Of a stretch of 64,000 nt of DNA, positions 1 to 10,055 are shown in pieces. A program made the translations under genes and the position numbers. The notes under the pieces were generated by a model. The model searched no databases. It was not told the origin of the DNA and saw only the letters and a list, made by a program, of their open reading frames with translations. Location of the stretch: contig CAVVYZ010000019.1 in the NCBI GenBank assembly GCA_963752595.1, forward strand, positions 1-64,000, in the 5' to 3' direction. Positions within the stretch are counted from its first letter, which is position 1. Every line of letters begins with the position of its first letter. This stretch comes from an uncultured delta proteobacterium. GTDB taxonomy: Bacteria; Desulfobacterota; Desulfomonilia; UBA1062.

Positions 1-321
1 TGGTTCATCGATTTTTTCAAATCCAAGGACTATACCCTGGGATGTCCGGTCGGCAACTTTGCGCAGGAGATGGGCGATACCAGCCCGGCCTTTCAGGAAA
101 AAATAAAGAGTTCGCTCGATATCATGGTCGGGCAATTCGCGATGGTTCTTCGTGAGGCCCGGGAATCGGGCCAGATATCACAAACCTTGGATATCGATAA
201 GACAGCCCGTTTCATCCTGTCCAGCTGGGAAGGTGCACTGATGCATATGAAAGCGGTAAAAAGCACCGAGCCGCTCGAAATACATGCTGAGATCATTTTT
301 GATTACATCTCGAAAGCATGA
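1..321 (+). CDS. TetR/AcrR family regulator, C-terminal part (LmrA/YxaF/NemR-like); 5' end outside window
   Basis: Frame 1 is open from base 1 (WFIDFFKSKDYTLGCPVGNFAQEMG...SSWEGALM), with the GC-x-GN-xx-E motif of this TetR C-terminal subfamily. Confidence 0.85.
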   Translation, partial: WFIDFFKSKDYTLGCPVGNFAQEMGDTSPAFQEKIKSSLDIMVGQFAMVLREARESGQISQTLDIDKTARFILSSWEGALMHMKAVKSTEPLEIHAEIIFDYISKA

Positions 322-428
322 TGAGGCCCAGCGGATTACCTATATTTTCTTTCCTTGAGCAGGAATACCGTTGCCCAAAGGATTATCAGAAGATCACCCG
401 ATGTCTGCGAAATCTTTTTCGATTTAAA

Positions 429-492
429 CAGACCAGTCTGGATTATTCTTGACAAGCAGTGCCTCCTCATGCATTTTAAGTAAACCGGTCTA
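429..492. promoter_or_regulatory. sigma70-type promoter (TTGACA at 449-454) flanked by two near-palindromic TetR-type operators
   Basis: CAGACCAGTCTG (429-440) and TAAACCGGTCTA (481-492) both approximate TAGACCGGTCTA. Confidence 0.6.
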
Positions 493-526
493 ATTTATTA
501 GAGGGGATCAATTCTCCAAAAAGGGA

Positions 527-1600
527 GTGTATATGGAAAGAAGGGTTCTGTATGAAAACCTGGCAAGACATCTGAATCAGGGCATAGTCGGCGCACCGAT
601 GTCCCCTTCCCTTATGGGTATACTCGAGATCATGTATTCCGAAGAGGAAGCAGAAATCGCCTGCAGCCTCCCCTTTGAAAACAAGTCTCTCGAAGAGCTG
701 AAAAAAATATTCCCGGACAAGTCCGAATCCCTGGAATCCATCCTTGCCGCCATGGCGAGGAACGGGACTGTGTTTACCCAGCAGAAGCCGGGTAAGGTTA
801 GGAAGTATCGCCTCCAGCCGACAGTCGTCGGGTTTGCGGAGGCGCCTTACTGGCCGGGCATCGATACGGAAAAGGCCCGCAAGCTCGCCCCTCTCTGGAT
901 CAAATACCGGGATGAAGGATTCGGTAAAGAGCTTGCCCGGAATATCCCCACGGTGCGGGTGATTCCCATCGATCAGTCATTGAGAAAAAAGTCTGAAATC
1001 CTCCCCTTCGATAGGCTTAAAGAACAAATGGCAGCTCTTTCCTTCTTTGCCGTGAGCAAATGTCCCTGCAGGCAGATGATGGCCTATGTGGGAAAGGGAT
1101 GCGGTCATTCTCTGGATAACTGCCTGCACTTCAACGATATGGGGCGCTATGTGGTCGAGCAGGGCATGGGCAGGGAGATCACCAGGGAAGAGGCGATAAA
1201 GATCCTGGAAGAAGCGGATAAAGAGGGGCTGGTCCATGCCATTGAAAACCTGGACGGCTATCTGTCCATGATCTGCAACTGCTGCGAATGCTGCTGCGTG
1301 TTCCTCCAGACTCAGAAACTGCTCAACCTGAAGATGATCTCTTCATCCAGCTATGTCGCCTGCGTCGATCAAGAGACATGCATCGGCTGCGGCACCTGTG
1401 AAAAAAGGTGTCCGATGGATGCGATCACGCTCGGAGAAGATGAAAAAGCCGGTGTCGATCCCGCGCACTGCATCGGCTGCGGCATTTGTACCCCCACCTG
1501 CCCATCGACCGCGGCCTCTCTCGTGCTGCGGGAAACCATCACGCCTCCGCCCGACGTTTCGGAGTTCTTTACGAAACGATATATTGCCCCAGAGCCGTGA
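527..1600 (+). CDS. 4Fe-4S dicluster-domain (ferredoxin-type) protein
   Basis: CPCR and ICNCCECCC motifs, plus two CxxCxxCxxxCP motifs (CIGCGTCEKRCP, CIGCGICTPTCP). Confidence 0.9.
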   Translation: MYMERRVLYENLARHLNQGIVGAPMSPSLMGILEIMYSEEEAEIACSLPFENKSLEELKKIFPDKSESLESILAAMARNGTVFTQQKPGKVRKYRLQPTVVGFAEAPYWPGIDTEKARKLAPLWIKYRDEGFGKELARNIPTVRVIPIDQSLRKKSEILPFDRLKEQMAALSFFAVSKCPCRQMMAYVGKGCGHSLDNCLHFNDMGRYVVEQGMGREITREEAIKILEEADKEGLVHAIENLDGYLSMICNCCECCCVFLQTQKLLNLKMISSSSYVACVDQETCIGCGTCEKRCPMDAITLGEDEKAGVDPAHCIGCGICTPTCPSTAASLVLRETITPPPDVSEFFTKRYIAPEP

Positions 1601-1956
1601 CAGGTATACCGCCGGCACTCTGCTCACGCATATCCGGACACGCCCGGATCATGAGCAGGCAGAAGAAATATAACGGGTAGCGCACCCATCGGTAGGCGCC
1701 TCTGACAGTTAAAGGCATGATCCTGGTTTCCTTGCCGTGGATATGGCGTTTGATCTTTTTAACACCGTATGGATCGAATGAACCCAGTGAAGAGGAGTGA
1801 AAGACAGGCATCAAGAACCAATGCCTGGCCCGGTTTCAGCCCCATGTCGATCACACCGAATGACCCCGGGAAGAGAAAGCTTGCAAACAAGATCAGCGAA
1901 CCGATCCCGATAAGCAGCGATGATAACGCAACGGCATAAGATGCATTCCTACTCAT
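1569..1956 (-). pseudogene. isoprenylcysteine carboxylmethyltransferase/nurim-like membrane protein remnant
   Basis: Hydrophobic N-terminal ORF plus a frameshifted LTVRGAYRWVRYPLY motif; too short, appears internally deleted. Confidence 0.6.
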
Positions 1957-2064
1957 GAGTTCCTCCTTTTCACCTCCAATAAGACGGAACAGGAGCGGAA
2001 AAGATACACTGAGAGGAATTGGGAGAGAATTTCGGGAAGAATTCCAGGCGTGTACCGGGATTCT

Positions 2065-2850
2065 CTACTCCCCCTTGAACTCGGGCTTGCGCCTGTTTAT
2101 CATGGATTCGAGGCCTTCGCGGGCGTCCCTGGTCCGACCCGCCCTCATGATGCCGAGGCGCTCCTGCTCAAGCTGGGTTTCCAGCAGGGTCAGCATGGCC
2201 CTGTTGAGGTTGTCCTTGGCTATGGCGTATGAGGCGAGCGGCCCTTTGGCGAGGCGCATCGCATGGGCATGCGTTACCTTTTCGAGGCCTGCATCTTCCA
2301 CCACCTCGTTCACCAGGCCGATCGCAAAAGCCCTCTTCGCATCCAGTACCGGGTCCATGAAGATGAGCTCGCTTGCCCTCCCGAACCCGATGAGCAGGGG
2401 CACGAACAGGCTCCAGGCTCCGTCCGGCACGAGCCCTACCGAGGTGTAGGCCTGGCGGAACGTTGCCGAGGTTGCACAGATGCGCAGGTCGCAGGCCGCC
2501 GCCATCGAAAGCCCGGCGCCCATGGTTGCGCCGTTGATCATGGCGATGACCGGTTTGCCGATCCTCCTGATGCCCGAGATAAGCGGGTCGAACGACTTGG
2601 TCATCTGCCGTGTCGTATCGCCGAGGTCGGGCGAGTTATTGAATGCCGCCACGTCTCCGCCTGCACAGAAGGACCTCCCGCTGCCCGTTATGATGACCGC
2701 CTTGATGCCGCCTTCATCCCAGCACACTTCAAGGGCCTTGAGCAGATCGGCAGTGAGGCCGAAGTTCAGTGTGTTCATCTCTTTCGGCCGGTTCAGACGG
2801 ATAACGGCCACGCCATCCGAATGCTCGAACAAGATATTCTCAAAATCCAT
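2065..2850 (-). CDS. enoyl-CoA hydratase/isomerase family (PaaG-like)
   Basis: LNRPKEMN, FCAGGD, GATMGAG, ACDLR, GLVPDGA motifs. Confidence 0.93.
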   Translation of the reverse strand: MDFENILFEHSDGVAVIRLNRPKEMNTLNFGLTADLLKALEVCWDEGGIKAVIITGSGRSFCAGGDVAAFNNSPDLGDTTRQMTKSFDPLISGIRRIGKPVIAMINGATMGAGLSMAAACDLRICATSATFRQAYTSVGLVPDGAWSLFVPLLIGFGRASELIFMDPVLDAKRAFAIGLVNEVVEDAGLEKVTHAHAMRLAKGPLASYAIAKDNLNRAMLTLLETQLEQERLGIMRAGRTRDAREGLESMINRRKPEFKGE

Positions 2851-3172
2851 AAAAACCTCCTCCAGAATGACTTTGATATCTCCCCCGGTATTTCGTCATA
2901 TCAGGCCCCGGGTCCTTCAGACAGGGCAACGCCATCCCTGATGAAGCTGTATAAAAATCTGAACTTTAAAAAAATCAAACCTGAAATTTACGATACTTGA
3001 TTTTATTAATAACGTTAGCAATATTATATTAATTAATAGTGTAATACATTATTATCATCAATCCGTTTATTTTGTAAAGCAGCGTGCGGGCATCACGTTT
3101 TGCAGATCCACATGGCAGAAGCACTGAGAAACATATCAGTGAGCTGTAATAGTCGTACAAAGAGGAGGTGCT

Positions 3173-3895
3173 ATGAGATTAATCAGGATGTTAGCTATAG
3201 GCATGTTGGCAGGAATGACCCCGGCAATGGTTGGATGCTCACAATTCGATTTCAATAATCCCACTGCAAGTGAATGGGATGTCCAGATCGTGGGCGATTC
3301 GGTTTTCGATCTGTCCGGAGATATCCAGAAAGTCTTGAAGACTAAATCCGGCAAAATGTACAAAGACAGATCGGTGAGCGGCGCCAAGATTGCATCGATC
3401 CAGAGTCAGCTGAACACGGCACTCGGCAGAACGACCCTGAAGACGGTCCTTGCTGACGGCGGCGCCAATGACATACTCCAGGGGAGCGCGGACTGCAATA
3501 CGGACCCGGTGACCCCGGCATGCGTCGATGTCATCAATTACATCGGCGACAAGATGGAAGTCATGGTCAATGCCATGTATGCCAAATCACCTAACAACTG
3601 CGTGTGGCTCGGCTACTATCATGTGAAAGGCGACGAGATAGAAAAGAACGAAGCCATCGACTATGCCTATGACTGGGTCTATCCGGGTATTTTCCCTTCA
3701 TACTTCACCAGTGGCTCTTACAGTTGGCCGGCACTCTTCATAAACACAGATTATAAGGCACTCCTCGTAGACTCGAGGCCGAACATCCAGCCGGTGCACA
3801 TCAAATCGGACGATATCCATCCCACGTATGACGGCTCGGTTATCCTGGCAAACCTGATCTGGAATGCAATGGTAAGCGGGTCGATGTATCGCTGA
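3173..3895 (+). CDS. SGNH/GDSL hydrolase family lipoprotein
   Basis: GDS block, GGAND, DDIHP, lipobox-like MVGC; AGGAGG RBS. Confidence 0.85.
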   Translation: MRLIRMLAIGMLAGMTPAMVGCSQFDFNNPTASEWDVQIVGDSVFDLSGDIQKVLKTKSGKMYKDRSVSGAKIASIQSQLNTALGRTTLKTVLADGGANDILQGSADCNTDPVTPACVDVINYIGDKMEVMVNAMYAKSPNNCVWLGYYHVKGDEIEKNEAIDYAYDWVYPGIFPSYFTSGSYSWPALFINTDYKALLVDSRPNIQPVHIKSDDIHPTYDGSVILANLIWNAMVSGSMYR

Positions 3896-3910
3896 ACCGG
3901 TGAAGCAACC

Positions 3911-3960
3911 GGCTTGAAGGTGAAGCAGCGCTTCCCCCCGGAGGCGCTGCCCCTCAAGCC
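3911..3960 (+). terminator. long GC-rich stem-loop (terminator or mRNA-stabilising hairpin)
   Basis: GGCTTGAAGG..GCAGCGCTTCC-cccc-GGAGGCGCTGC-CCCTCAAGCC nested inverted repeat, no U tract. Confidence 0.45.
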
Positions 3961-4029
3961 GTCTATGGACGCTTAAAGATCAGTCCTGCGGTCAGTGTTG
4001 CTTGTACCTTTTTGAGAGGTATCATCTGA

Positions 4030-4698
4030 ATGAATAAAAAGTATGCAGCTTTTATCCTGACCGGCATTCTTCTGCTCGCCTTCGGGTTTTATCTTTTTTA
4101 CGCCGATGGAACAGAACCTGTTCCAGACGTAAAAAATAGGCTTGAGCCACAGTCAGCCGGGCAGCAAACAACGCTACCCCCCAGAGAGGCCGGCTCTTCT
4201 GCGGATCAGGCTGAAACAGTATATCAAGAAAAAATTACTGAAGCCCCCCTGCCCCATCCGAAAGACATCGAAGAAATCAAGAAGCAGATTTATGACCTCA
4301 ATATTGAATCTGTGGAAGATCTCCCGCAGCTCGACAGAGTTGTTCAAACCGGAAACGCCCCCACCAAAGATCTATGGCTGGGCGGCTGGGTGGGTGTGGA
4401 TGATTTCAAAGAGGAGGCCAACGGCTTCAAGCTGGAACCCCAGGATGACGGCACCTTCATATTTTATCCGGACGAGAAAACCACCCGGACCTATACCTTC
4501 TTCGAAACGCCCAAGACCTATACGTATGACCCGGAGAAAAAGGAATTTTTTTGGGAAATCGATTATTACGGCAAGATCATCTCCCACAGGGCCCGATTTA
4601 TCAATGACAATGTCCTTGTCACGATGCTGATCAGCGGAACAAAAGTGGCAATGGACATCTACCAAAAGCAACCGGAGCAGCAGCCGGAAGGCGAATAA
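4030..4698 (+). CDS. hypothetical N-terminally membrane-anchored protein
   Basis: 222-aa ORF with one N-terminal hydrophobic segment; GAGG RBS. Confidence 0.75.
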   Translation: MNKKYAAFILTGILLLAFGFYLFYADGTEPVPDVKNRLEPQSAGQQTTLPPREAGSSADQAETVYQEKITEAPLPHPKDIEEIKKQIYDLNIESVEDLPQLDRVVQTGNAPTKDLWLGGWVGVDDFKEEANGFKLEPQDDGTFIFYPDEKTTRTYTFFETPKTYTYDPEKKEFFWEIDYYGKIISHRARFINDNVLVTMLISGTKVAMDIYQKQPEQQPEGE

Positions 4699-4703
4699 TT
4701 ATA

Positions 4704-5498
4704 TCAGTCGGTCAGCTTCCCCTGCACGCGGATCATGAATTGCGGTCTGGCAGGATTGTCCGTCTGCACATAGATCGTATCTCGAATGACCCCGCGTTCT
4801 TTCCTGATATTCTTTGCCCGGATGAGGTATCCTTTCCTGCCGTTCTGCGTTATCTCCTTGTATCCATACGTGATAAATATCCCTCTTTTCGCCTTGAGAG
4901 AGGTTATCTTGAACGGATACTCGGCCACGGGCATGACAACGGATGAGCCCTCGATGGGATTGCGCCAGGACCCGCTCAGCATGATCGTATAGGCAGAGAT
5001 GTCGGCAAACTTCTTCACAAGGCAGGAGATTTCGATGGCCCATTCAGGGTTCTTGGGATCATTGGTCATGGCGCGGATGAAGCCGTGTATCTCCTCACCG
5101 CCGCGTCGATCCGTCAGGAGCACTGTCTTGATGACACCCTCTTTCCCTGCAGGTATCTGGGTGCTGAAGGCTTCCACCAGGCTGCCGCAGCAGCCCGTCA
5201 CCTTCTTCAGCTCTAAGATGTGATCCGAGGTGTTCTCGACAATGAAATCGTGCTTGACCACATCAAATTGCAAAACAGGATCAAACTCATAGCGGCTCTT
5301 CGGTGAATCCACCACAGAGGATGAATACACGGGCCTTTCAGGGATGCCGAAATAGAAAGGGAGCTCCTGCTTTCCTGCAGCGGAAGGAGTATCATTGATT
5401 GAACACCAACCCCATGAAATAATGATAATTCCTATCAATCCCAATAAGAGACATGTAAAGAATACCTTTTTTCTCATGACGCCCCCTTTTTCGATCAA
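4704..5498 (-). CDS. DUF1573-like Ig-fold exported protein
   Basis: HDFIVENTS..LELKKVTGCCGS..IPAGKEG pattern; N-terminal TM segment. Confidence 0.7.
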   Translation of the reverse strand: MIEKGGVMRKKVFFTCLLLGLIGIIIISWGWCSINDTPSAAGKQELPFYFGIPERPVYSSSVVDSPKSRYEFDPVLQFDVVKHDFIVENTSDHILELKKVTGCCGSLVEAFSTQIPAGKEGVIKTVLLTDRRGGEEIHGFIRAMTNDPKNPEWAIEISCLVKKFADISAYTIMLSGSWRNPIEGSSVVMPVAEYPFKITSLKAKRGIFITYGYKEITQNGRKGYLIRAKNIRKERGVIRDTIYVQTDNPARPQFMIRVQGKLTD

Positions 5499-5628
5499 GA
5501 CCGACCATTCCCATGGAGAGAACCGGTCTTATGACAAAAATGATGCTTCTCTACTGCCTGAAAACAGGATCGTTATACCGACTGAACATAAGTTCAAATA
5601 TAACGGGCAAAAGGATCCGGCAATACCC

Positions 5629-6849
5629 TTATGCTTCTGTCGTCTCGAGGAGTGCGTCGGCAAAGCCCAGGGCGTCAAGGTAGATCTCGGGGAGCCGCGA
5701 GGTTTCGAGGCCCAGTGACGATGCCCCGGAGAAGACCTCTTCCCAGTTCCCCATCTCGTATTCTTTGGTGAGCCGCAGGAACTCGCTCAGCCTGTTGTCC
5801 TGCTCCAGGAGTGCTGCCTTTATCTCCTGGGCAAGGGGAAGTTTTTTCATGATCTGCTCCATAGGGGAATCAAGGATCGCATCGATGAGAGAGAAGAGCC
5901 CGAGGGTGAAGAGCTCGGCCGGGTCTATATTCTTTCCCTGGAGCAGCCCGAGGTTTTCACAGAGCCGTGCCCTCATGACCGAGGCCTTGAGAAGCTCGTC
6001 CGGCTTGTCCTGGCTGAGCACAGACATGATGATGACGGAGAGGAAGCTTTTCATGCCCTTTTCACCGAGGAGGAGGATGGCGTGCTTTATGGAGGTTATC
6101 TCGTTCCTCCTCCGGAAGAACGGTGAATTCAGGTACCTCAGAAGCTTGTACGAGATTCCCACATCCCGCTCTATGAGACGCTTCAGCTCATCGATGCGGA
6201 AGTTGTCGCTGCCTGCCTCAGCCATGATCTGGAGGAGATTCATCTTCAGCGATGGGATATCGGTCTCGCCCATGACCTCGGGCTTGCTGAAGAAAAATCC
6301 CTGGAAGTAGGAAAATCCCATCTCGCGTGCCATACGGAACTGCTCGTTGGTCTCAACCTTTTCGGCAAGGAGCTCGCACTTTTTCTTAGAGAGCATCTTC
6401 ACATACTCACGGATCTCGTCAATGCCCGTGCTCAGGAAGTCTATCTTGATGATGTCAGCCAGCTCGATGAGCTCATCGAGGCTGCTGCGGTAAACGAAGT
6501 CATCCAGGGCAATCTGGTATCCCCCGGCGCAGAGATCCCTGCAGCACTCGATAACGAGCTCGTCCGGTTCAACAGTCTCAAGGATCTCGACCGTGGTGGT
6601 CTGCATCGGGAAGAGCAGAGGAACCTTTCTATGTATCAGCTCCCTGGTGAAGTTTATGAATGCGCGCTTGCCGCCGGTTATCTTTTCGATGTCGGATGAG
6701 AAGAAGGTGCTCGAAAGAACGCGGGAGGTGGCGCTGTCGCCGTCGATGTCCGGGAAAAAGTTCTCCATGCTTTCCCTGAAGAGAAGCTCATAGGCATAGA
6801 TCCTCTTATTCCTGGTGAAGATCGGTTGCCGCGCTATGTATACCTTCAT
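5629..6849 (-). CDS. EAL + HDOD domain protein (YuxH-like c-di-GMP phosphodiesterase family)
   Basis: ARQPI, YELLFR, FINF, ALDDF, AEKVET, QGFFFSKP, followed by HDOD motifs KLLRYLNS and GLFSLIDA. Confidence 0.92.
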   Translation of the reverse strand: MKVYIARQPIFTRNKRIYAYELLFRESMENFFPDIDGDSATSRVLSSTFFSSDIEKITGGKRAFINFTRELIHRKVPLLFPMQTTTVEILETVEPDELVIECCRDLCAGGYQIALDDFVYRSSLDELIELADIIKIDFLSTGIDEIREYVKMLSKKKCELLAEKVETNEQFRMAREMGFSYFQGFFFSKPEVMGETDIPSLKMNLLQIMAEAGSDNFRIDELKRLIERDVGISYKLLRYLNSPFFRRRNEITSIKHAILLLGEKGMKSFLSVIIMSVLSQDKPDELLKASVMRARLCENLGLLQGKNIDPAELFTLGLFSLIDAILDSPMEQIMKKLPLAQEIKAALLEQDNRLSEFLRLTKEYEMGNWEEVFSGASSLGLETSRLPEIYLDALGFADALLETTEA

Positions 6850-7071
6850 AGCTCAATCCCGAAGACTTTCCTTTCCCTGGGAAATTATACCATTACCGGT
6901 TTCGATACAAGCAAATATCGCAAAAATGAGTAATTGGCCTTACCCAGTAATCGGGTCAGAGACTATTTTGGATTTTTCCTGAGATGATCTATTATTTTCT
7001 TATCCTGGGACCTGGCACCTTCGCCTGATCACCGGCAAAGTCGCCTTGATTATTTCTCAGAAAACCCTTAG

Positions 7072-8169
7072 ATGTACCCTGTGTCTACTCTCGGGTATAA
7101 GAGTACGGGAAAGGTTGCGGGCGTTGTTCTCCTTGCGGGTTTCGTAATAATGCTTTTCACGGTGAATCAACAATGCCATGGTTCCGACAGTCCTGATCAC
7201 AGCCGCATGGATCTGTGGGAGATCGCCCGGAGCAAGCTCCATCACGGCCAGGGGCGTTTCATCAGCCCGTTCAGTCCGGACACAGGGCGCAGGAGCTTCC
7301 TCGAGGTGCTCAAGTGGAAGTTCTCCACGGACAACCCCTTCAGGCAATACTACAAAGACGAACGCGTCATCCCCGTTGACATGGACTGGGCCAAGGTAAA
7401 GGCTCATCATTCGCTCAGCATAACCTTCATCACCCATGCCGGTGTACTCATCAAGGACGCCGAGTCCGGCATCCTGGTGGACCCGGTGCTCTTCGGGATG
7501 TTCTGGCCCATCAAGGACTTTACACCCCTTTCGTTCAAGCCGGAAGACGTGCCCATGGTGGATGCCGTGCTCATCACCCACGGCCACTATGACCACCTCG
7601 ACCTGAAGTCGCTTAAGCTCTTCCACGAAAACGCCCGCTTCATCTGCCCTCTGGGGTATGCCTCCCTGCTCAAGGACAACGGCGCCCTACGCACCCTCGA
7701 GCTTGACTGGCTCGACTCCGTAAAGGTGAAGGGCTTCGAGATCACGTTTCTTCCGTGCAACCATTGGACCATGCGAAACCCCCTGGTGGGGCCCAACACT
7801 GCCTTGTGGGGATCGTATCTCATCAAGACCTCATCGGGTCGCACCATCTACGTCTCAGGCGACACCGCTTACTTCGAGGGGTTCAAGGAGATCGGGCAGC
7901 ACTACAACATAGACCTTGCGATCATGAACCTGGGGGCCTATGAACCCCGCTGGTTTATGAAAAAATCCCATATGAATCCCGAGGAGACGGTGAGGGCATT
8001 TCAGGATCTAGCCGCCAAAAAGCTGCTCGCGGTCCACTGGGGCACGTTCAGGCTGGGCGACGAACCGGTCTTCCAGCCCCCCTTGGACATCAAGCAGGAG
8101 ATGGAGAAGGCCGGGCTCATTGACAGTCTTGTGGAGCTCAAGCACGGGCAGACAATACTTCTTGATTGA
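7072..8169 (+). CDS. MBL-fold metallo-hydrolase (NAPE-PLD/RomA-like)
   Basis: THGHYDHLD, LWGSY, GDTAY, GAYEP, HMNPEE, HWGTF. Confidence 0.9.
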   Translation: MYPVSTLGYKSTGKVAGVVLLAGFVIMLFTVNQQCHGSDSPDHSRMDLWEIARSKLHHGQGRFISPFSPDTGRRSFLEVLKWKFSTDNPFRQYYKDERVIPVDMDWAKVKAHHSLSITFITHAGVLIKDAESGILVDPVLFGMFWPIKDFTPLSFKPEDVPMVDAVLITHGHYDHLDLKSLKLFHENARFICPLGYASLLKDNGALRTLELDWLDSVKVKGFEITFLPCNHWTMRNPLVGPNTALWGSYLIKTSSGRTIYVSGDTAYFEGFKEIGQHYNIDLAIMNLGAYEPRWFMKKSHMNPEETVRAFQDLAAKKLLAVHWGTFRLGDEPVFQPPLDIKQEMEKAGLIDSLVELKHGQTILLD

Positions 8170-8173
8170 AGAA

Positions 8174-8878
8174 ATGAAAAAGATCCTTGTAACCATGACC
8201 ATGCTTTTTTCTGCATCACTCCCCTTGAGGCACGTGATTGCCGGGGAGCTCCCGGCTTGCCTGCAGTTGGGGAAATCGCCCACCGCCCAATCGGTGATGG
8301 AAGGAAACAGCATCAGTGAGGAAGAGGTGCTGACGAGACTTGTCCATGCGGAGAGCGTATCTGCAGGTTATGCCGACGATCAGGCCGTATATGAGGCAAT
8401 CGCTTGGGGAGTCATGAACCGTGTCCGCCTGAGTGAGGCCTGTGCCTCGAAGCAAAGGATCTATGGCCAAGGGATCAAGGGGGTGATATTCCAGGAAGGG
8501 CAGTTCAACCCTGCCGTATCCAAGAGGTCTCAGTTCTCGAAGGAATTCATGTGCCCATCAGATCCGGCACGATGGCATATGGCAGAGCAGGCAGCCCGGA
8601 AGGCTCTCGCCGGTCGCGGGAATCCCTTTATCGAAACACCATGGGAAAAGAAGCACGGCATCTCTCTCGTCGTGGGCTTCTACTACCCGCATTCCATCCA
8701 GGCAAAAAGCCCTCTCGCACCCTGGGAAAAAAGCAGGGCGCTTAAATTTACAGGTGATGTAAAGGTTGGTGACACGATTCTGTCTGCGCAGAAGGTAAGG
8801 TTCTACCGGCTCACCTTTGCTCCCGGGGATATCAAGGCAGCATGCCCTTTGGGTAACAAGAGGGACGTCCATCAATAA
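8174..8878 (+). CDS. cell wall hydrolase (SleB/Hydrolase_2-like)
   Basis: Signal peptide from ATG 8174; LTRLVHAES, VMNRV, VIFQEGQF. Confidence 0.75.
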   Translation: MKKILVTMTMLFSASLPLRHVIAGELPACLQLGKSPTAQSVMEGNSISEEEVLTRLVHAESVSAGYADDQAVYEAIAWGVMNRVRLSEACASKQRIYGQGIKGVIFQEGQFNPAVSKRSQFSKEFMCPSDPARWHMAEQAARKALAGRGNPFIETPWEKKHGISLVVGFYYPHSIQAKSPLAPWEKSRALKFTGDVKVGDTILSAQKVRFYRLTFAPGDIKAACPLGNKRDVHQ

Positions 8879-8926
8879 TTCAGCATTCTTGGCATTAAAA
8901 TGTAATTGTTAAGGGACGTCCCCTTA
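8858..8926. repeat. paired GGGACGTCC(C) REP-like palindromes
   Basis: AGGGACGTCCATC and AAGGGACGTCCCCTT about 50 bp apart between convergent genes. Confidence 0.45.
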
Positions 8927-8966
8927 ATTTCTCTAGGTCTGCTTGAAGTGTTCGGGATCAAATAAA

Positions 8967-9176
8967 CTATGTCTTGTCGTTCAGCACCACGTGAATACCC
9001 GTATAATAGGTGACGGTAGCGCCTATTACGCAGGCATAGAATCCGATCAACTGCTCCATGGGCGGACACTCCCTGTAGACAAACATCCATGTTGAGATGA
9101 CAAGCGTGGGGAACAGAAATCCTAACAGCGGGACATGATACTTCAATTTCATAGATACCTCCTCCGGTTCTGTCAT
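8967..9176 (-). CDS. small two-TM membrane protein
   Basis: GGAGGAGG RBS before the internal Met (MKLKYH); two hydrophobic segments. Confidence 0.65.
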   Translation of the reverse strand: MTEPEEVSMKLKYHVPLLGFLFPTLVISTWMFVYRECPPMEQLIGFYACVIGATVTYYTGIHVVLNDKT

Positions 9177-9353
9177 ACCTTACAACACAGAATATACACT
9201 CTGTGCCGTCCTTTAAATAACCTGAAAATCTTCCCCCGTTGACTAGGCAACTTCCAAAGCAAGTATTTGCTCTTTTAGTATAACCGTATGTTTTGTGCCA
9301 TAGTCTTCTCTTTATATTTATTGAATATCTCCCTGTCCGTGAGGAATATTGAG

Positions 9354-9420
9354 GGGGTCAGGTATTACTCCCTGAATTCCTTCATCAAGATAAGATAGCA
9401 TAAAGCAAGACCAGACCCTT
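9354..9420. repeat. degenerate GGGGTCAGGTCTTG-family inverted repeat
   Basis: GGGGTCAGGTATTA ... GCAAGACCAGACCC. Confidence 0.5.
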
Positions 9421-9512
9421 TTGTGACCTGCCTCCAGTTCCATCCTATTCACATCCCGACCCATCTCTGCACTGACAGGAAATGCCCTTAAAATTATATC
9501 TGCATATATTAC

Positions 9513-9555
9513 TTGACAATACATTTCGCATCAGTAATGTATAGACATAAACTAT
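9513..9555 (+). promoter_or_regulatory. sigma70 promoter with possible MarR operator
   Basis: TTGACA 9513-9518, TAATGT 9535-9540, imperfect palindrome ATAGACATAAACTAT 9541-9555. Confidence 0.45.
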
Positions 9556-9570
9556 TGAGGATTCCATTCC

Positions 9571-10055
9571 ATGAAAACAGATAAATCTTGTGACCTTAGC
9601 TTCTTTTCCACAAATCCCGAGGACTGTCCCTATTTCCTCATCACCCGTGTCTCTCTGTGTGCTACTGCCGCCTTCAAGCGTGGTTTTGCCGAAGAAGGCC
9701 TGACAGGCATGAGGCCTGCTTATCTGGGGGCACTCCTGAGCCTCTGGAAAGAGGACGGCCTCAAAGTCACCGAGCTGGGGAGAAGGGCCGGCCTGGAGCC
9801 CTCCACCATGACCGGCCTCATCGACCGGATGGAGAGGGACGGGCTGGTGCAGCGGGTCTTCGACCCGAGCAACCGGCGGGAGCTGAAAATACACCTCACC
9901 GATGCAGGGCACGCCATAAAGAACACCGTTGCTTCCACGGTAGACCGCATCCTGGAAAAGGTGCTCACGGGATTGAGCGCCGACGAGATCGAACAGACTG
10001 AAAGGACACCTTGCGCAAGGTGCTCATGAATGTACACGAGGAGGAAGATAAATGA
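9571..10055 (+). CDS. MarR family regulator (frameshift near the 3' end)
   Basis: ELGRRAGLEPSTMTGLIDRMERDGLVQR..NRR..LTDAG winged HTH; C-terminus continues LRKVLMNVHEEEDK* in another frame. Confidence 0.9.
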
